Of a stretch of 64,000 bases of DNA, positions 38,970 to 47,104 are shown piece by piece. The position numbers and the translations under genes were made by a program. How positions within the stretch are numbered: the first letter of the stretch is position 1; every line of letters begins with the position of its first letter. Source of the DNA: an uncultured virus (IMG/VR IMGVR_UViG_2657245422_000003) (taxonomy: Duplodnaviria; Heunggongvirae; Uroviricota; Caudoviricetes); the IMG/VR virus record IMGVR_UViG_2657245422_000003, positions 1 through 64,000 of that record. One strand, 5' to 3'. The notes under the pieces are model-generated. The model made no database searches. It saw nothing but the letters and a program-made list of their open reading frames with translations, and was not told the DNA's origin.

Positions 38970-39191
38970 CTAACTACAGAAATCAAATACAACGCATCCT
39001 TTCGAGAAATTTGCAATGGATTTCAAGTCACTTGCTGAGATTACCCCAGCGTTTTTAATTACGATTTGAGCTTGTTTCGCACTTGCATAGTTTGCAATTG
39101 ATTTGAGGTCGGTCGCAGAAATGGTTTTAGCATCAAGAATCATTCCTCCGCCATAACTAGCAATTGATTTCAAATCTGAGACTGTAATCAT
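38970..39191 (-). CDS. 73-aa internal-repeat protein (satellite cargo)
   Basis: Three DLKSIA repeats; AAGGA RBS; convergent with terL across GGGGAAAC...GTTTCCCC hairpin. Confidence 0.7.
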   Translation of the reverse strand: MITVSDLKSIASYGGGMILDAKTISATDLKSIANYASAKQAQIVIKNAGVISASDLKSIANFSKGCVVFDFCS

Positions 39192-39237
39192 ATCTTATCC
39201 TTGAAAAGTAAAGGCCGATAGGGTGAACCCAGTGGTT

Positions 39238-39260
39238 CTGTGTATAGCAGTGTGTACTGC
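39238..39260 (+). repeat. Tandem integrase arm-type site (right)
   Basis: CTGTGTATAGCAGTGTGTACTGC. Confidence 0.75.
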
Positions 39261-39331
39261 TCTACAAGCTAGATATCATTCTATTTGTCAAAAAAGTCTT
39301 ATACAACATGTAATTAAAAATCCTTGCAATA

Positions 39332-39350
39332 AATATCACGAACATACTAC
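39332..39350 (+). repeat. Satellite attR core
   Basis: AATATCACGAACATACTAC. Confidence 0.88.
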
Positions 39351-40428
39351 TGATGCGCTTTACACCACCATGACCACCGGCATGGGGGCTCGTGAACAAC
39401 CGATGACACTGATCATCACCACTGCCGGCTATGACATTACATCCCCTTGCTATGAAAAGCGTACTCAGGTTGTCGAGATCCTGCGGAGAACCCGTAATGG
39501 CGAGGAAAATGAAACCATATTTGGGCTGATTTATGGCCTTGATGACGATGATGACTGGACGACTCCTGAGGCATTAATCAAGGCAAACCCCAACTATGGC
39601 ATTTCGGTAAAAGCAGATTTTCTCCGGGCTAAACAATTATTGGGTATGTCGACGCCCGGGCAGACAAACAAGATTCTGACCAAGCATTTCAATCGCTGGG
39701 TAAGCGCAAAATCAGCTTATTACGACCTGAGAAAATGGATGGATGCAGCCGATAAAAACCTTAAGTTGTCAGATTTTGAAGGGGAAGAATGCTGGCTGGG
39801 TATCGATCTGGCCTCGAAAGTTGACCTCAATGCCGTGGTTCCAGTTTTTCGTCGTGAAATAGACGGAATAACACATTTTTACTGTGTTTCTCCTCTGTTC
39901 TGGGCACCCGAAGAAACCATTTACTCGCAGGAGACCGCGCTGAAAAGTACCGCAGAACGTTATCAGTCCTTTGTCCGGCAGGGTAAGTTGATCCCGACCG
40001 ATGGTGGCGAAGTTGATTACAGGCTGATATTTGAAACGATCCTGAAGCTGCGGAATACCGTAAAAATTGCCCAATGCCCCATTGATCCTTATGGCGCGAC
40101 TTCATTACGTCACATGCTTGAGGAAGAGGGGCTTGAGCCTGTCGAGATAAGACAAAATTTTACCCATATGAGTGATCCTATGAGAGAGATTGAGGCTGCG
40201 CTCATCTCGGGGAGATTCCATCATGACGGACACCCCGTCATGAACTGGTGTATTTCCAACATCGTCGGCCAGTACCTTCCCGGAAGTGACGATATTGTGC
40301 GTCCCGGGAAAGAAGGGCGGCAGAACAAGATAGATGGTGCGGTTGGTTTAATGATGGGGCTGGGGCGCGCCATGCTTAACAGTTCAGTGATGACATCCGT
40401 ATACGATGAGGAAGATATAGCATGCTAA
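39334..40428 (+). pseudogene. terL: Helper terminase large subunit, 3' part
   Basis: Resumes YHEHTTDALYTTMTTGMGAR; ITTAG, GIDLASKVD, KIDGAV; in frame with 5' part after excision. Confidence 0.93.
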
Positions 40429-40601
40429 TTTCAGTTCTGAGTTTTATTGTCGGCCTCACTGGTGCTGGATTGTTATCTGCAGGTGCCTGGCTTATTTCTC
40501 CATCAGTGGGATTGATAACAGGAGGGATTATTTGTCTGGGCTGGTCATATATGACAACCCGGGCCTTTTCCTCCGGCGTCAGCAATGGCGGAGGTGAATA
40601 A
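40422..40601 (+). CDS. 59-aa hydrophobic protein between terL and portal
   Basis: MLISVLSFIVGLTGAGLLSAGAWLI...; coupled to portal start. Confidence 0.6.
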   Translation: MLISVLSFIVGLTGAGLLSAGAWLISPSVGLITGGIICLGWSYMTTRAFSSGVSNGGGE

Positions 40602-41860
40602 TGTTCCTTCCCCAGATGTTCAGGGGCCGACAATATTCGGGTAATAGCTTCTGGGAAGCCATGCTGGGCGGGGTTCGTTCAAGCCAGAGCAAAACTGGCA
40701 TCATAATCACGCCGGAAACCGCTCTTGGACTTTCAGCGGTCCGGGCCTGTGTCACCCTCCTGGCGGAGTCCGTCGCGCAGCTGCCGTGCGAACTTTACCG
40801 GCGGGATAAAAATGGCGGGCGCCAGCGTGCGACGGACCACCCGGTTTATGACCTGATTCACTCCCAGCCCAACAGGAAAGACACCTCATTCGAGTATTTT
40901 GAGCAGCAGCAGGGGTTGCTGGGGCTGGAGGGAAATTGCTACTCGATCATCGAACGGGACGGAAAAGGCTACCCGAAAGAGCTGATCCCCATTAACCCGA
41001 AAAAGGTCATTGTGCTGAAAGGGCCGGACGGTATGCCGTATTACCAACTCCCGGAAGTCGGCGAAATTCTGCCGATGCGCATGATGCACCATGTGAAGGT
41101 CTTTTCTCTGGATGGCTATATCGGCAGCTCCCCCATTCAGACGAACGCCGATGTTCTGGGGCTGAACCTGGCGGTTGAGGAGCATGCGGCCGCGACATTC
41201 CGGCGCGGGACAACGATGAGTGGGGTGATAGAGCGTCCGAAAGAGGCCGCGACCATTAAAAGCCAGGATGCTATTGATCGCCTGCTGGCGAAATGGACCG
41301 AGCGCCATTCCGGTATTCACAATATGTTCTCTGTGGCACTGCTGCAGGAGGGTATGAGCTACAAACAACTGTCGCAGGATAACGAAAAGGCGCAGCTGCT
41401 ACAGTCGCGGCAGTGGGGCGTGGAAGAGGTCTGCCGGCTCTATAAAATCCCGCCACATATGGTGCAGATGCTGGCGAAAGCGACCAACAACAACATTGAG
41501 CACCAGGGCCTGCAGTTCGTGATGTACACGCTGCTGGCATGGCTGAAACGCCATGAGGGTGCGTTGCAGCGCGATCTGCTTCTGCCCAGCGAACGCCGCG
41601 ATTTGTACATCGAGTTCAACGTTTCCGGGCTGCTGCGAGGCGATCAGAAATCACGCTATGAATCTTATGCGCTGGGCCGCCAGTGGGGATGGCTATCCAC
41701 TAACGATATCCGGCGTATGGAGAATCTGCCGCCAATTGCTGGCGGGGACAAATACCTGACGCCGCTCAATATGGTCGACAGCGCGAAGATCCTTCCTGGC
41801 GATAAGTCGCCGACAGCAAAACAGCTGGCCGAAATCGAAACCCTTCTGGCCAGAGCCTGA
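40601..41860 (+). CDS. Portal protein (helper)
   Basis: LEGNCY, GSSPI, VCRLYKIPP, STNDIRRMENL. Confidence 0.93.
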   Translation: MFLPQMFRGRQYSGNSFWEAMLGGVRSSQSKTGIIITPETALGLSAVRACVTLLAESVAQLPCELYRRDKNGGRQRATDHPVYDLIHSQPNRKDTSFEYFEQQQGLLGLEGNCYSIIERDGKGYPKELIPINPKKVIVLKGPDGMPYYQLPEVGEILPMRMMHHVKVFSLDGYIGSSPIQTNADVLGLNLAVEEHAAATFRRGTTMSGVIERPKEAATIKSQDAIDRLLAKWTERHSGIHNMFSVALLQEGMSYKQLSQDNEKAQLLQSRQWGVEEVCRLYKIPPHMVQMLAKATNNNIEHQGLQFVMYTLLAWLKRHEGALQRDLLLPSERRDLYIEFNVSGLLRGDQKSRYESYALGRQWGWLSTNDIRRMENLPPIAGGDKYLTPLNMVDSAKILPGDKSPTAKQLAEIETLLARA

Positions 41861-41896
41861 TTATTTCCCGCCGCGCGGGATGACCTGGAAGACAAC

Positions 41897-42817
41897 ATGA
41901 CAACGAAATTAATTAACCTGCCGCACCTGGCAGATATGGTCTTTGGTGTGCCGCATTACGTGACGCGGCAAACAATGGACTCCGTGAAAGCGGTGCTCAT
42001 CCCTCGTATTCAGGGGATCACCGAAGATGCCGTCATTCAGATGGCGCTGAATCCGGGTAAATCGCCTGCCGCTGAGCAGGTCCAGCCCGCAGGCGGGGTG
42101 GCGGTGATCCCCGTTCACGGCATTCTTGTTCCACGCCGGGGGCAGATTACGGCGATGTGCTCCGAGCTGACCAGCTACGAGCGGATACGCGGGCAGTTGC
42201 AGGCGGCGTTAAACGACCCCTCAATCAGCGAAATCGTTCTGGATATTAACTCCGGCGGCGGCGCAGCGGTGGGGTGCAAGGAGCTGGCCGATTACATTTA
42301 TCAGTCTCGCGACACGAAACCCATCACGGCGATTGTGAACTACAGCGCGTATTCCGCCGCGTATTTCATCGCATCGGCCTGCAGCAAAATCATCGTCAGC
42401 CAGACCAGTGGCGTGGGGTCGATTGGTGTGATCATGGAGCACCTCGATACGTCGAAGATGGAAGAAAAAATGGGGCTGACGTTCACCACCATTTACCGGG
42501 GAGATAACAAAAATAACGGCACCCAACATGAACCACTGAGTGAAGAGTCGCTGGGTATGTTCCAGGGCATGATCGACGAAATGTACGAGACGTTTACGGG
42601 GTCGGTGGCCGAATATCGCGGCCTGAAGCAGCAGGCCGTCATTGATACGCAGGCGGGGCTGTATTTTGGCCCTGGCGCTGTGTCTGCCGGCCTGGCGGAT
42701 GAAGTCTCTGACCCCCAGGCGGCGATCAATGCTATCGCGGCAAAGTATCAGCAACCCCGTCAAAAAACCTCCATTCAGATGCAGGCAGCCGCGATGGACC
42801 TGCAAACCAAAATGTAA
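41897..42817 (+). CDS. S49-family head maturation protease
   Basis: LDINSGGG, AYSAAYFIASAC, GVGSIGV. Confidence 0.9.
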   Translation: MTTKLINLPHLADMVFGVPHYVTRQTMDSVKAVLIPRIQGITEDAVIQMALNPGKSPAAEQVQPAGGVAVIPVHGILVPRRGQITAMCSELTSYERIRGQLQAALNDPSISEIVLDINSGGGAAVGCKELADYIYQSRDTKPITAIVNYSAYSAAYFIASACSKIIVSQTSGVGSIGVIMEHLDTSKMEEKMGLTFTTIYRGDNKNNGTQHEPLSEESLGMFQGMIDEMYETFTGSVAEYRGLKQQAVIDTQAGLYFGPGAVSAGLADEVSDPQAAINAIAAKYQQPRQKTSIQMQAAAMDLQTKM

Positions 42818-42846
42818 CCCGGCGCAAACACAAACCGCGTCACCTT

Positions 42847-42872
42847 AAGCAGCCAGCAGGCTGCTTTTTTTA
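42847..42872 (+). terminator. Intrinsic terminator-like hairpin
   Basis: AAGCAGCC-AGCA-GGCTGCTT plus T-run. Confidence 0.6.
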
Positions 42873-42894
42873 TGTCTAAAAAGAGAGAAATAAA

Positions 42895-44181
42895 ATGCCA
42901 CATATTGAAGAATTGCGTCGTCAGCGTGCGGGTATCAACGAACAGGTTCAGGCCCTGGCAACCATTGACGCCAGCGGCGGCACGCTGACTGCGGAGCAGA
43001 TGACGGAGTTTTCGAACCTGCAGCAGCAGTTCACTGATATCAGCGCCAAAATTGAACGCCTGGAAGCCGCCGAACGTGCTGCGGCGCTGGTCGCAAAGCC
43101 AGTCAAGGCTACCCAGCAGGGACCAGCAGTCATCGTCAAAGCTGAGCCGAAGCAATACACAGGCGCAGGCATGACGCGCATGGTGATGTCGATTGCCGCA
43201 GCGAAGGGGGATCTGCGTGATGCAGCGGTCTTTGCCGCTGAAGAACTGAATGATCAGTCTGTATCGATGGCCATTTCCACCGCTGCGGGTTCCGGTGGGG
43301 CGCTCATCCCGGAGAACATGCAAAACGAAGTCATCGAGCTGCTGAGCGACCGTACCATCGTCCGTAAGCTGGGCGCCCGCTCCATTCCGCTGCCTAACGG
43401 TAATCTGTCGTTACCGCGCTCGGCTGGCGGTGCAACGGCCAGCTACACCGGCGAAGGAAAGGATGCCAAATCGTCTGAATCAAAATTCGACGATGTAAAA
43501 CTGAATGCCAAAACCATGATCGCACTGGTCCCGATGTCGAACCAGCTGATTGGCCGCGCCGGTTTTAACGTTGAGCAGCTGGTCCTGCAGGATATTCTGA
43601 CCGCCATCTCTGTTCGTGAGGATAAAGCGTTTATGCGCGATGACGGTACCGGCGATACACCAATTGGTATGAAGGCGCGTGCGACGCAGTGGAACCGCCT
43701 GCTGCCGTGGGAAGCTGGTTCCACGATCAACCTGAACACGGTTGATGAGTACCTGGACAAGATTATTTTGATGGCGATGGATGGCAACAGCCTGATGATC
43801 CGTTGCGGCTGGGGTATGTCGAACCGTACCTATATGAAGTTGTTTGGCCTGCGTGACGGCAACGGCAACAAAGTCTACCCGGAAATGGCTCAGGGGATGC
43901 TCAAGGGCTATCCGATTCAGCATACCAGCGCTATTCCGGTTAACCTGGGCGAAAGTGGCAAGGAATCGGAAATTTATTTCGCTGACTTCAATGATGTTGT
44001 TATCGGTGAAGATGGCGCCATGAAGGTCGATTTCTCCAAAGAGGCCACCTATTTGGATGCCGAAGGCAACACGGTTTCCGCGTTTGCGCGAAACCAGTCG
44101 CTGATCCGCGTCGTCCTCGAACACGATATCGGCTTCCGTCATCCGGAAGGCCTGGTGCTGGGTACCGGCGTCCTGTTCTAA
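42895..44181 (+). CDS. HK97-fold major capsid protein (helper)
   Basis: Delta domain, GGALIPE, LKGYPI, FADF. Confidence 0.92.
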   Translation: MPHIEELRRQRAGINEQVQALATIDASGGTLTAEQMTEFSNLQQQFTDISAKIERLEAAERAAALVAKPVKATQQGPAVIVKAEPKQYTGAGMTRMVMSIAAAKGDLRDAAVFAAEELNDQSVSMAISTAAGSGGALIPENMQNEVIELLSDRTIVRKLGARSIPLPNGNLSLPRSAGGATASYTGEGKDAKSSESKFDDVKLNAKTMIALVPMSNQLIGRAGFNVEQLVLQDILTAISVREDKAFMRDDGTGDTPIGMKARATQWNRLLPWEAGSTINLNTVDEYLDKIILMAMDGNSLMIRCGWGMSNRTYMKLFGLRDGNGNKVYPEMAQGMLKGYPIQHTSAIPVNLGESGKESEIYFADFNDVVIGEDGAMKVDFSKEATYLDAEGNTVSAFARNQSLIRVVLEHDIGFRHPEGLVLGTGVLF

Positions 44182-44239
44182 CCCATCCCTCAGTAAATAC
44201 GGCCCGCATATGCGGGCTTTTCCTTTTCAGGAGAATGTT

Positions 44240-44554
44240 ATGGCTGTGAAAAATAAAGCAGTGGAGCCGGAAGAAACAGGCACACAGGACAACCATGCGA
44301 CCGAGACCGCACAGGACAACCATGCGACCGAGACCGCACAGGATAACCGTGCGACCGTGGTCGCACAGGCAGAACGTAAATCCGTTGTGTTCCTCGGTCC
44401 GCATAGCCGTTATTCCCGTGGTGATATCGCGTGGTTTGAAGGATCGCACGCCGAAGAGCTGGTTAAGCGCCGTATCGCGGTATGGCCGAAGGATGCCGAA
44501 CGCGCGCTGAAACCGAAGCCGGGAGACAGCGATTTTGATACTGACATTGGATGA
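44240..44554 (+). CDS. Hypothetical head-associated protein with 9-aa repeats
   Basis: After capsid; (A/T)QDNHATET repeats. Confidence 0.65.
   Translation: MAVKNKAVEPEETGTQDNHATETAQDNHATETAQDNRATVVAQAERKSVVFLGPHSRYSRGDIAWFEGSHAEELVKRRIAVWPKDAERALKPKPGDSDFDTDIG
44283..44369 (+). repeat. 27-bp coding tandem repeat, ~3.2 copies
   Basis: CACAGGACAACCATGCGACCGAGACCG twice exact plus one diverged copy. Confidence 0.9.
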
Positions 44555-44852
44555 TGTGAAAACCCAGCTACGCCTGGAACTGGATTTCACGGAGCATGAC
44601 GCCATGCTCACGCAAATGGTGAACGCCGCGCAGCGGAGCATCGAGCGTGATTATTACTGCAAGCTGGTCACCAGTGATGAAGAGCTGCAGGCACTCCCGG
44701 AGACCGTCCGCGGATTTATCGCGGATGAAGATATCCGGCTGGCCATTCAGTTTCTGGTCAGCGATGCGTATCTGAATGGCCATACCGGACAGTGGCTGGA
44801 AACCGCTGCGGTGAGGCATCTTCTTTTCCCCCTGCAGGAGCATACGCTATGA
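44535..44852 (+). CDS. Head-tail connector (helper)
   Basis: LTLDDVKTQLRLE...D..L..MVNAA. Confidence 0.82.
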   Translation: MILTLDDVKTQLRLELDFTEHDAMLTQMVNAAQRSIERDYYCKLVTSDEELQALPETVRGFIADEDIRLAIQFLVSDAYLNGHTGQWLETAAVRHLLFPLQEHTL

Positions 44853-45187
44853 ACCTGAAACCGGGAGAAATGACCTGCCGCATTGTGATTGGCTATATGC
44901 AATCCGGGCGGGGGCCGCTGGGCGAACCTCTGCCAGAAAAGCTGGTTGAGACGGGGAAAGCTTGGGCGAAGGACGAGCTGGTATCCGGCAGGAAAGTCCG
45001 AACGCTGGATCAGCAGCAGGTAGTGGAAACCCGCCATTTTACCGTCCATCCAGGGGTTCTGGTCGACCTAGACTGGAAAATCACGACGAAAAATTTGGTT
45101 TATACCGTCCGGAATATCGACCGCAAAACGGACCGGATCATTATCACGGGGGAGGCTGACGGGCGGCATGATAGAGCTGGCGATTAA
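44849..45187 (+). CDS. Head closure protein (helper)
   Basis: GEMTCRIVI, AWAK..VSGR; position. Confidence 0.75.
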   Translation: MNLKPGEMTCRIVIGYMQSGRGPLGEPLPEKLVETGKAWAKDELVSGRKVRTLDQQQVVETRHFTVHPGVLVDLDWKITTKNLVYTVRNIDRKTDRIIITGEADGRHDRAGD

Positions 45188-45557
45188 GGGTGCGCTGGAG
45201 CGCATCACCGGCATGAATGCGTATCCGCTTTTACTGCCGGACACGGTCCAGGAAGGAGCGACCTTTCAGCGTATCTCTGACCCGGAAATGGTCTCGGGAA
45301 TGTTGCGAACGGGGATCGTATCTGCCCGTATCCAGGTGAACCTGTACCTTCTCGATAATTACACCTCACTGCTGCAGCTGGATAAAAAAATCTGGACGGA
45401 ACTGAAGTCAGTCGTTCATGGCCAGCTGGAGGGTATCCCGGTTCAGTATGTGGAGCGAGGCGGTATCCATCAGGATAAAAACCAGCTGACGAATCGTCGC
45501 ATTCAGTATCGCCTGACCCGCGATTTCATCATTCACTACGTGGAGGACTCCTCGTGA
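45168..45557 (+). CDS. Tail completion/terminator-like protein
   Basis: YPLLLP, FQRISD, RIQVNLY; position. Confidence 0.7.
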   Translation: MIELAIKGALERITGMNAYPLLLPDTVQEGATFQRISDPEMVSGMLRTGIVSARIQVNLYLLDNYTSLLQLDKKIWTELKSVVHGQLEGIPVQYVERGGIHQDKNQLTNRRIQYRLTRDFIIHYVEDSS

Positions 45558-45955
45558 TCCGAATGGAAGTTAAAGGGCTGGATGAGCTGGAGCGGCAGTT
45601 AATGGCCCTGGGCGAAAAAGTGGCGACGAAGGTATTGCGGGATGCCGGGCGCGAAGCGCTAAAGGTCGTCGAGGAAGATATGAAGCAGCATGCCGGCTTT
45701 GACGAAACGTCTGCCGGGCCGCACATGCGGGACTCAATCAAAATCCGCTCTTCCACCCGCAAGGGTAAAGGGAACGCGGTTGTAACGCTCCGTGTTGGCC
45801 CCAGCAAGCAGCACCATATGAAGGCGCTGGCGCAGGAGTTTGGCACGGTTAAACAGGTTGCAGACCCCTTTATCCGACCCGCCCTGGATTACAACCTCCA
45901 GACCGTTTTGCGCGTGTTAACCGTGGAAATCCGAAACGGCATTGAAAACAGGTAG
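45554..45955 (+). CDS. HK97 gp10-like tail component
   Basis: VKGLDEL, QEFGT, PFIRPA. Confidence 0.85.
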   Translation: MIRMEVKGLDELERQLMALGEKVATKVLRDAGREALKVVEEDMKQHAGFDETSAGPHMRDSIKIRSSTRKGKGNAVVTLRVGPSKQHHMKALAQEFGTVKQVADPFIRPALDYNLQTVLRVLTVEIRNGIENR

Positions 45956-45986
45956 CATCCGCTGCCGTATAAAAAGAGAGAGAAAC

Positions 45987-46448
45987 ATGGCTGATAAAAC
46001 TTCACCTGAATATGCGATGTTGCCGGCGGGCACCATTGTGAAATACGGGGAGCCTGGCGCTGCCACGTCAGCGCTGAAACCGCTGATTAACTGTAAAGCG
46101 CTGGGTGCAATGGGGCAGACGGGGGGCTTTGTCGACTGCACCACGTTACTGGATAAGCAGAAACAGTCCATCAGCGATCTGCCTGACGGGCCTGAAAAGT
46201 CGCTGGGCTTTATTGATGATCCAGGCAATACCGATTTTGCCGCGCTGCTGAACGCAGCAGAGGCCCGCAAGACCATCCAGTTATACGTCGAATTACCCAA
46301 CAAGCGAACAGCGACGATGCTCCTTGCGCTGTCCGGGTGGCAGATGAATGAAATCGCCGCTCCGGCGAATGAGGTCATCCAGATCACTGTTCAGGGTAAG
46401 CAGAACAAGATCACCTGGGGAACCGTGGCTGTCTCCGGCGGCGCCTGA
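45987..46448 (+). CDS. Major tail tube protein
   Basis: 153 aa; VDCTTL, LPDG; followed by hairpin and chaperone genes. Confidence 0.8.
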   Translation: MADKTSPEYAMLPAGTIVKYGEPGAATSALKPLINCKALGAMGQTGGFVDCTTLLDKQKQSISDLPDGPEKSLGFIDDPGNTDFAALLNAAEARKTIQLYVELPNKRTATMLLALSGWQMNEIAAPANEVIQITVQGKQNKITWGTVAVSGGA

Positions 46449-46505
46449 TTAACTTAACCTGTAAACAGCCACCTTAGGGTGGCTTTTTATTTTTAAGGAC
46501 TACCT

Positions 46506-46871
46506 GTGAAAGATAAAGATTACCTGTCCACGCTGAAATCCGCGTTGCTTAAATCGGAGCCAACCGTCATTAAAACCGAGTTGTTTGGCGCTACCGTATT
46601 CATCCGCCGCCTGACCGGGGATTACCTCATCAGCTACGAAGAGAAAATGGCTGAAACCGCAAAAGCTGGCGCAGCGCGCGAGGCATCGGAGCAAGTCATC
46701 CAGATCGTCATCGATGCACTGGTTCAGCCGGATGGAACGGCCATTCCGGATGAGTTTAAACCCACGGCAGCCGAGCTGCTGAAGGCCCATGAAAACCCCG
46801 AACTGCTGGCTGCAGTGGAAAAAGTGAAGCAACACGCAATCGGCAAGCTGGAGGAAGCGGAAAAAAACTGA
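46506..46871 (+). CDS. Tail assembly chaperone (G-like)
   Basis: Between tube and tape measure; ends in slippery A-AAA-AAC (46862-46868). Confidence 0.8.
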   Translation: MKDKDYLSTLKSALLKSEPTVIKTELFGATVFIRRLTGDYLISYEEKMAETAKAGAAREASEQVIQIVIDALVQPDGTAIPDEFKPTAAELLKAHENPELLAAVEKVKQHAIGKLEEAEKN

Positions 46872-47104
46872 GTGACTCGCCCTGGCTGGAGCTGATTTTC
46901 TGGCTGGCCGACCGCTGGGGCGAGCCTGACCCATCCAAAATTGCCGCATTGCCGGCAAACACTCTGTACCACTGGCGAGCCTACTTCCTGAAACAGGGCA
47001 CTTTCCGCCGTCCTGGCGATGAAAACACGCCACCTACCGAAACCACACCTGCGCCATCCCGGGTCGATGATGAATGCGCGGCAGTCATGAGGGCATTAAT
47101 GTAA
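46868..47104 (+). CDS. Tail chaperone T segment, reached by -1 frameshift
   Basis: -1 frame open: LSDSPWLELIFWLADRWGEPDP...WRAYF...RALM-stop, overlapping the TMP ATG. Confidence 0.75.
   Translation: MSDSPWLELIFWLADRWGEPDPSKIAALPANTLYHWRAYFLKQGTFRRPGDENTPPTETTPAPSRVDDECAAVMRALM

Larger units (their letters stand above)
23716..39350 (+). mobile_element. Capsid-forming PICI-like satellite (~15.6 kb) embedded in helper terL
   Basis: Flanking direct repeat; int, alpA x2, icd, primase-helicase, capsid, protease, portal, head completion, HNH, terS, terL; no tail or lysis genes. Confidence 0.93.

Noticed and set aside
39223..39333. N-terminal 37 codons of the 401-aa ORF as a real TerL start
   Set aside because: They run through the arm sites and attR with a GTG start and weak RBS; probably a chance open frame, though expression of a C-terminal fragment is not excluded.
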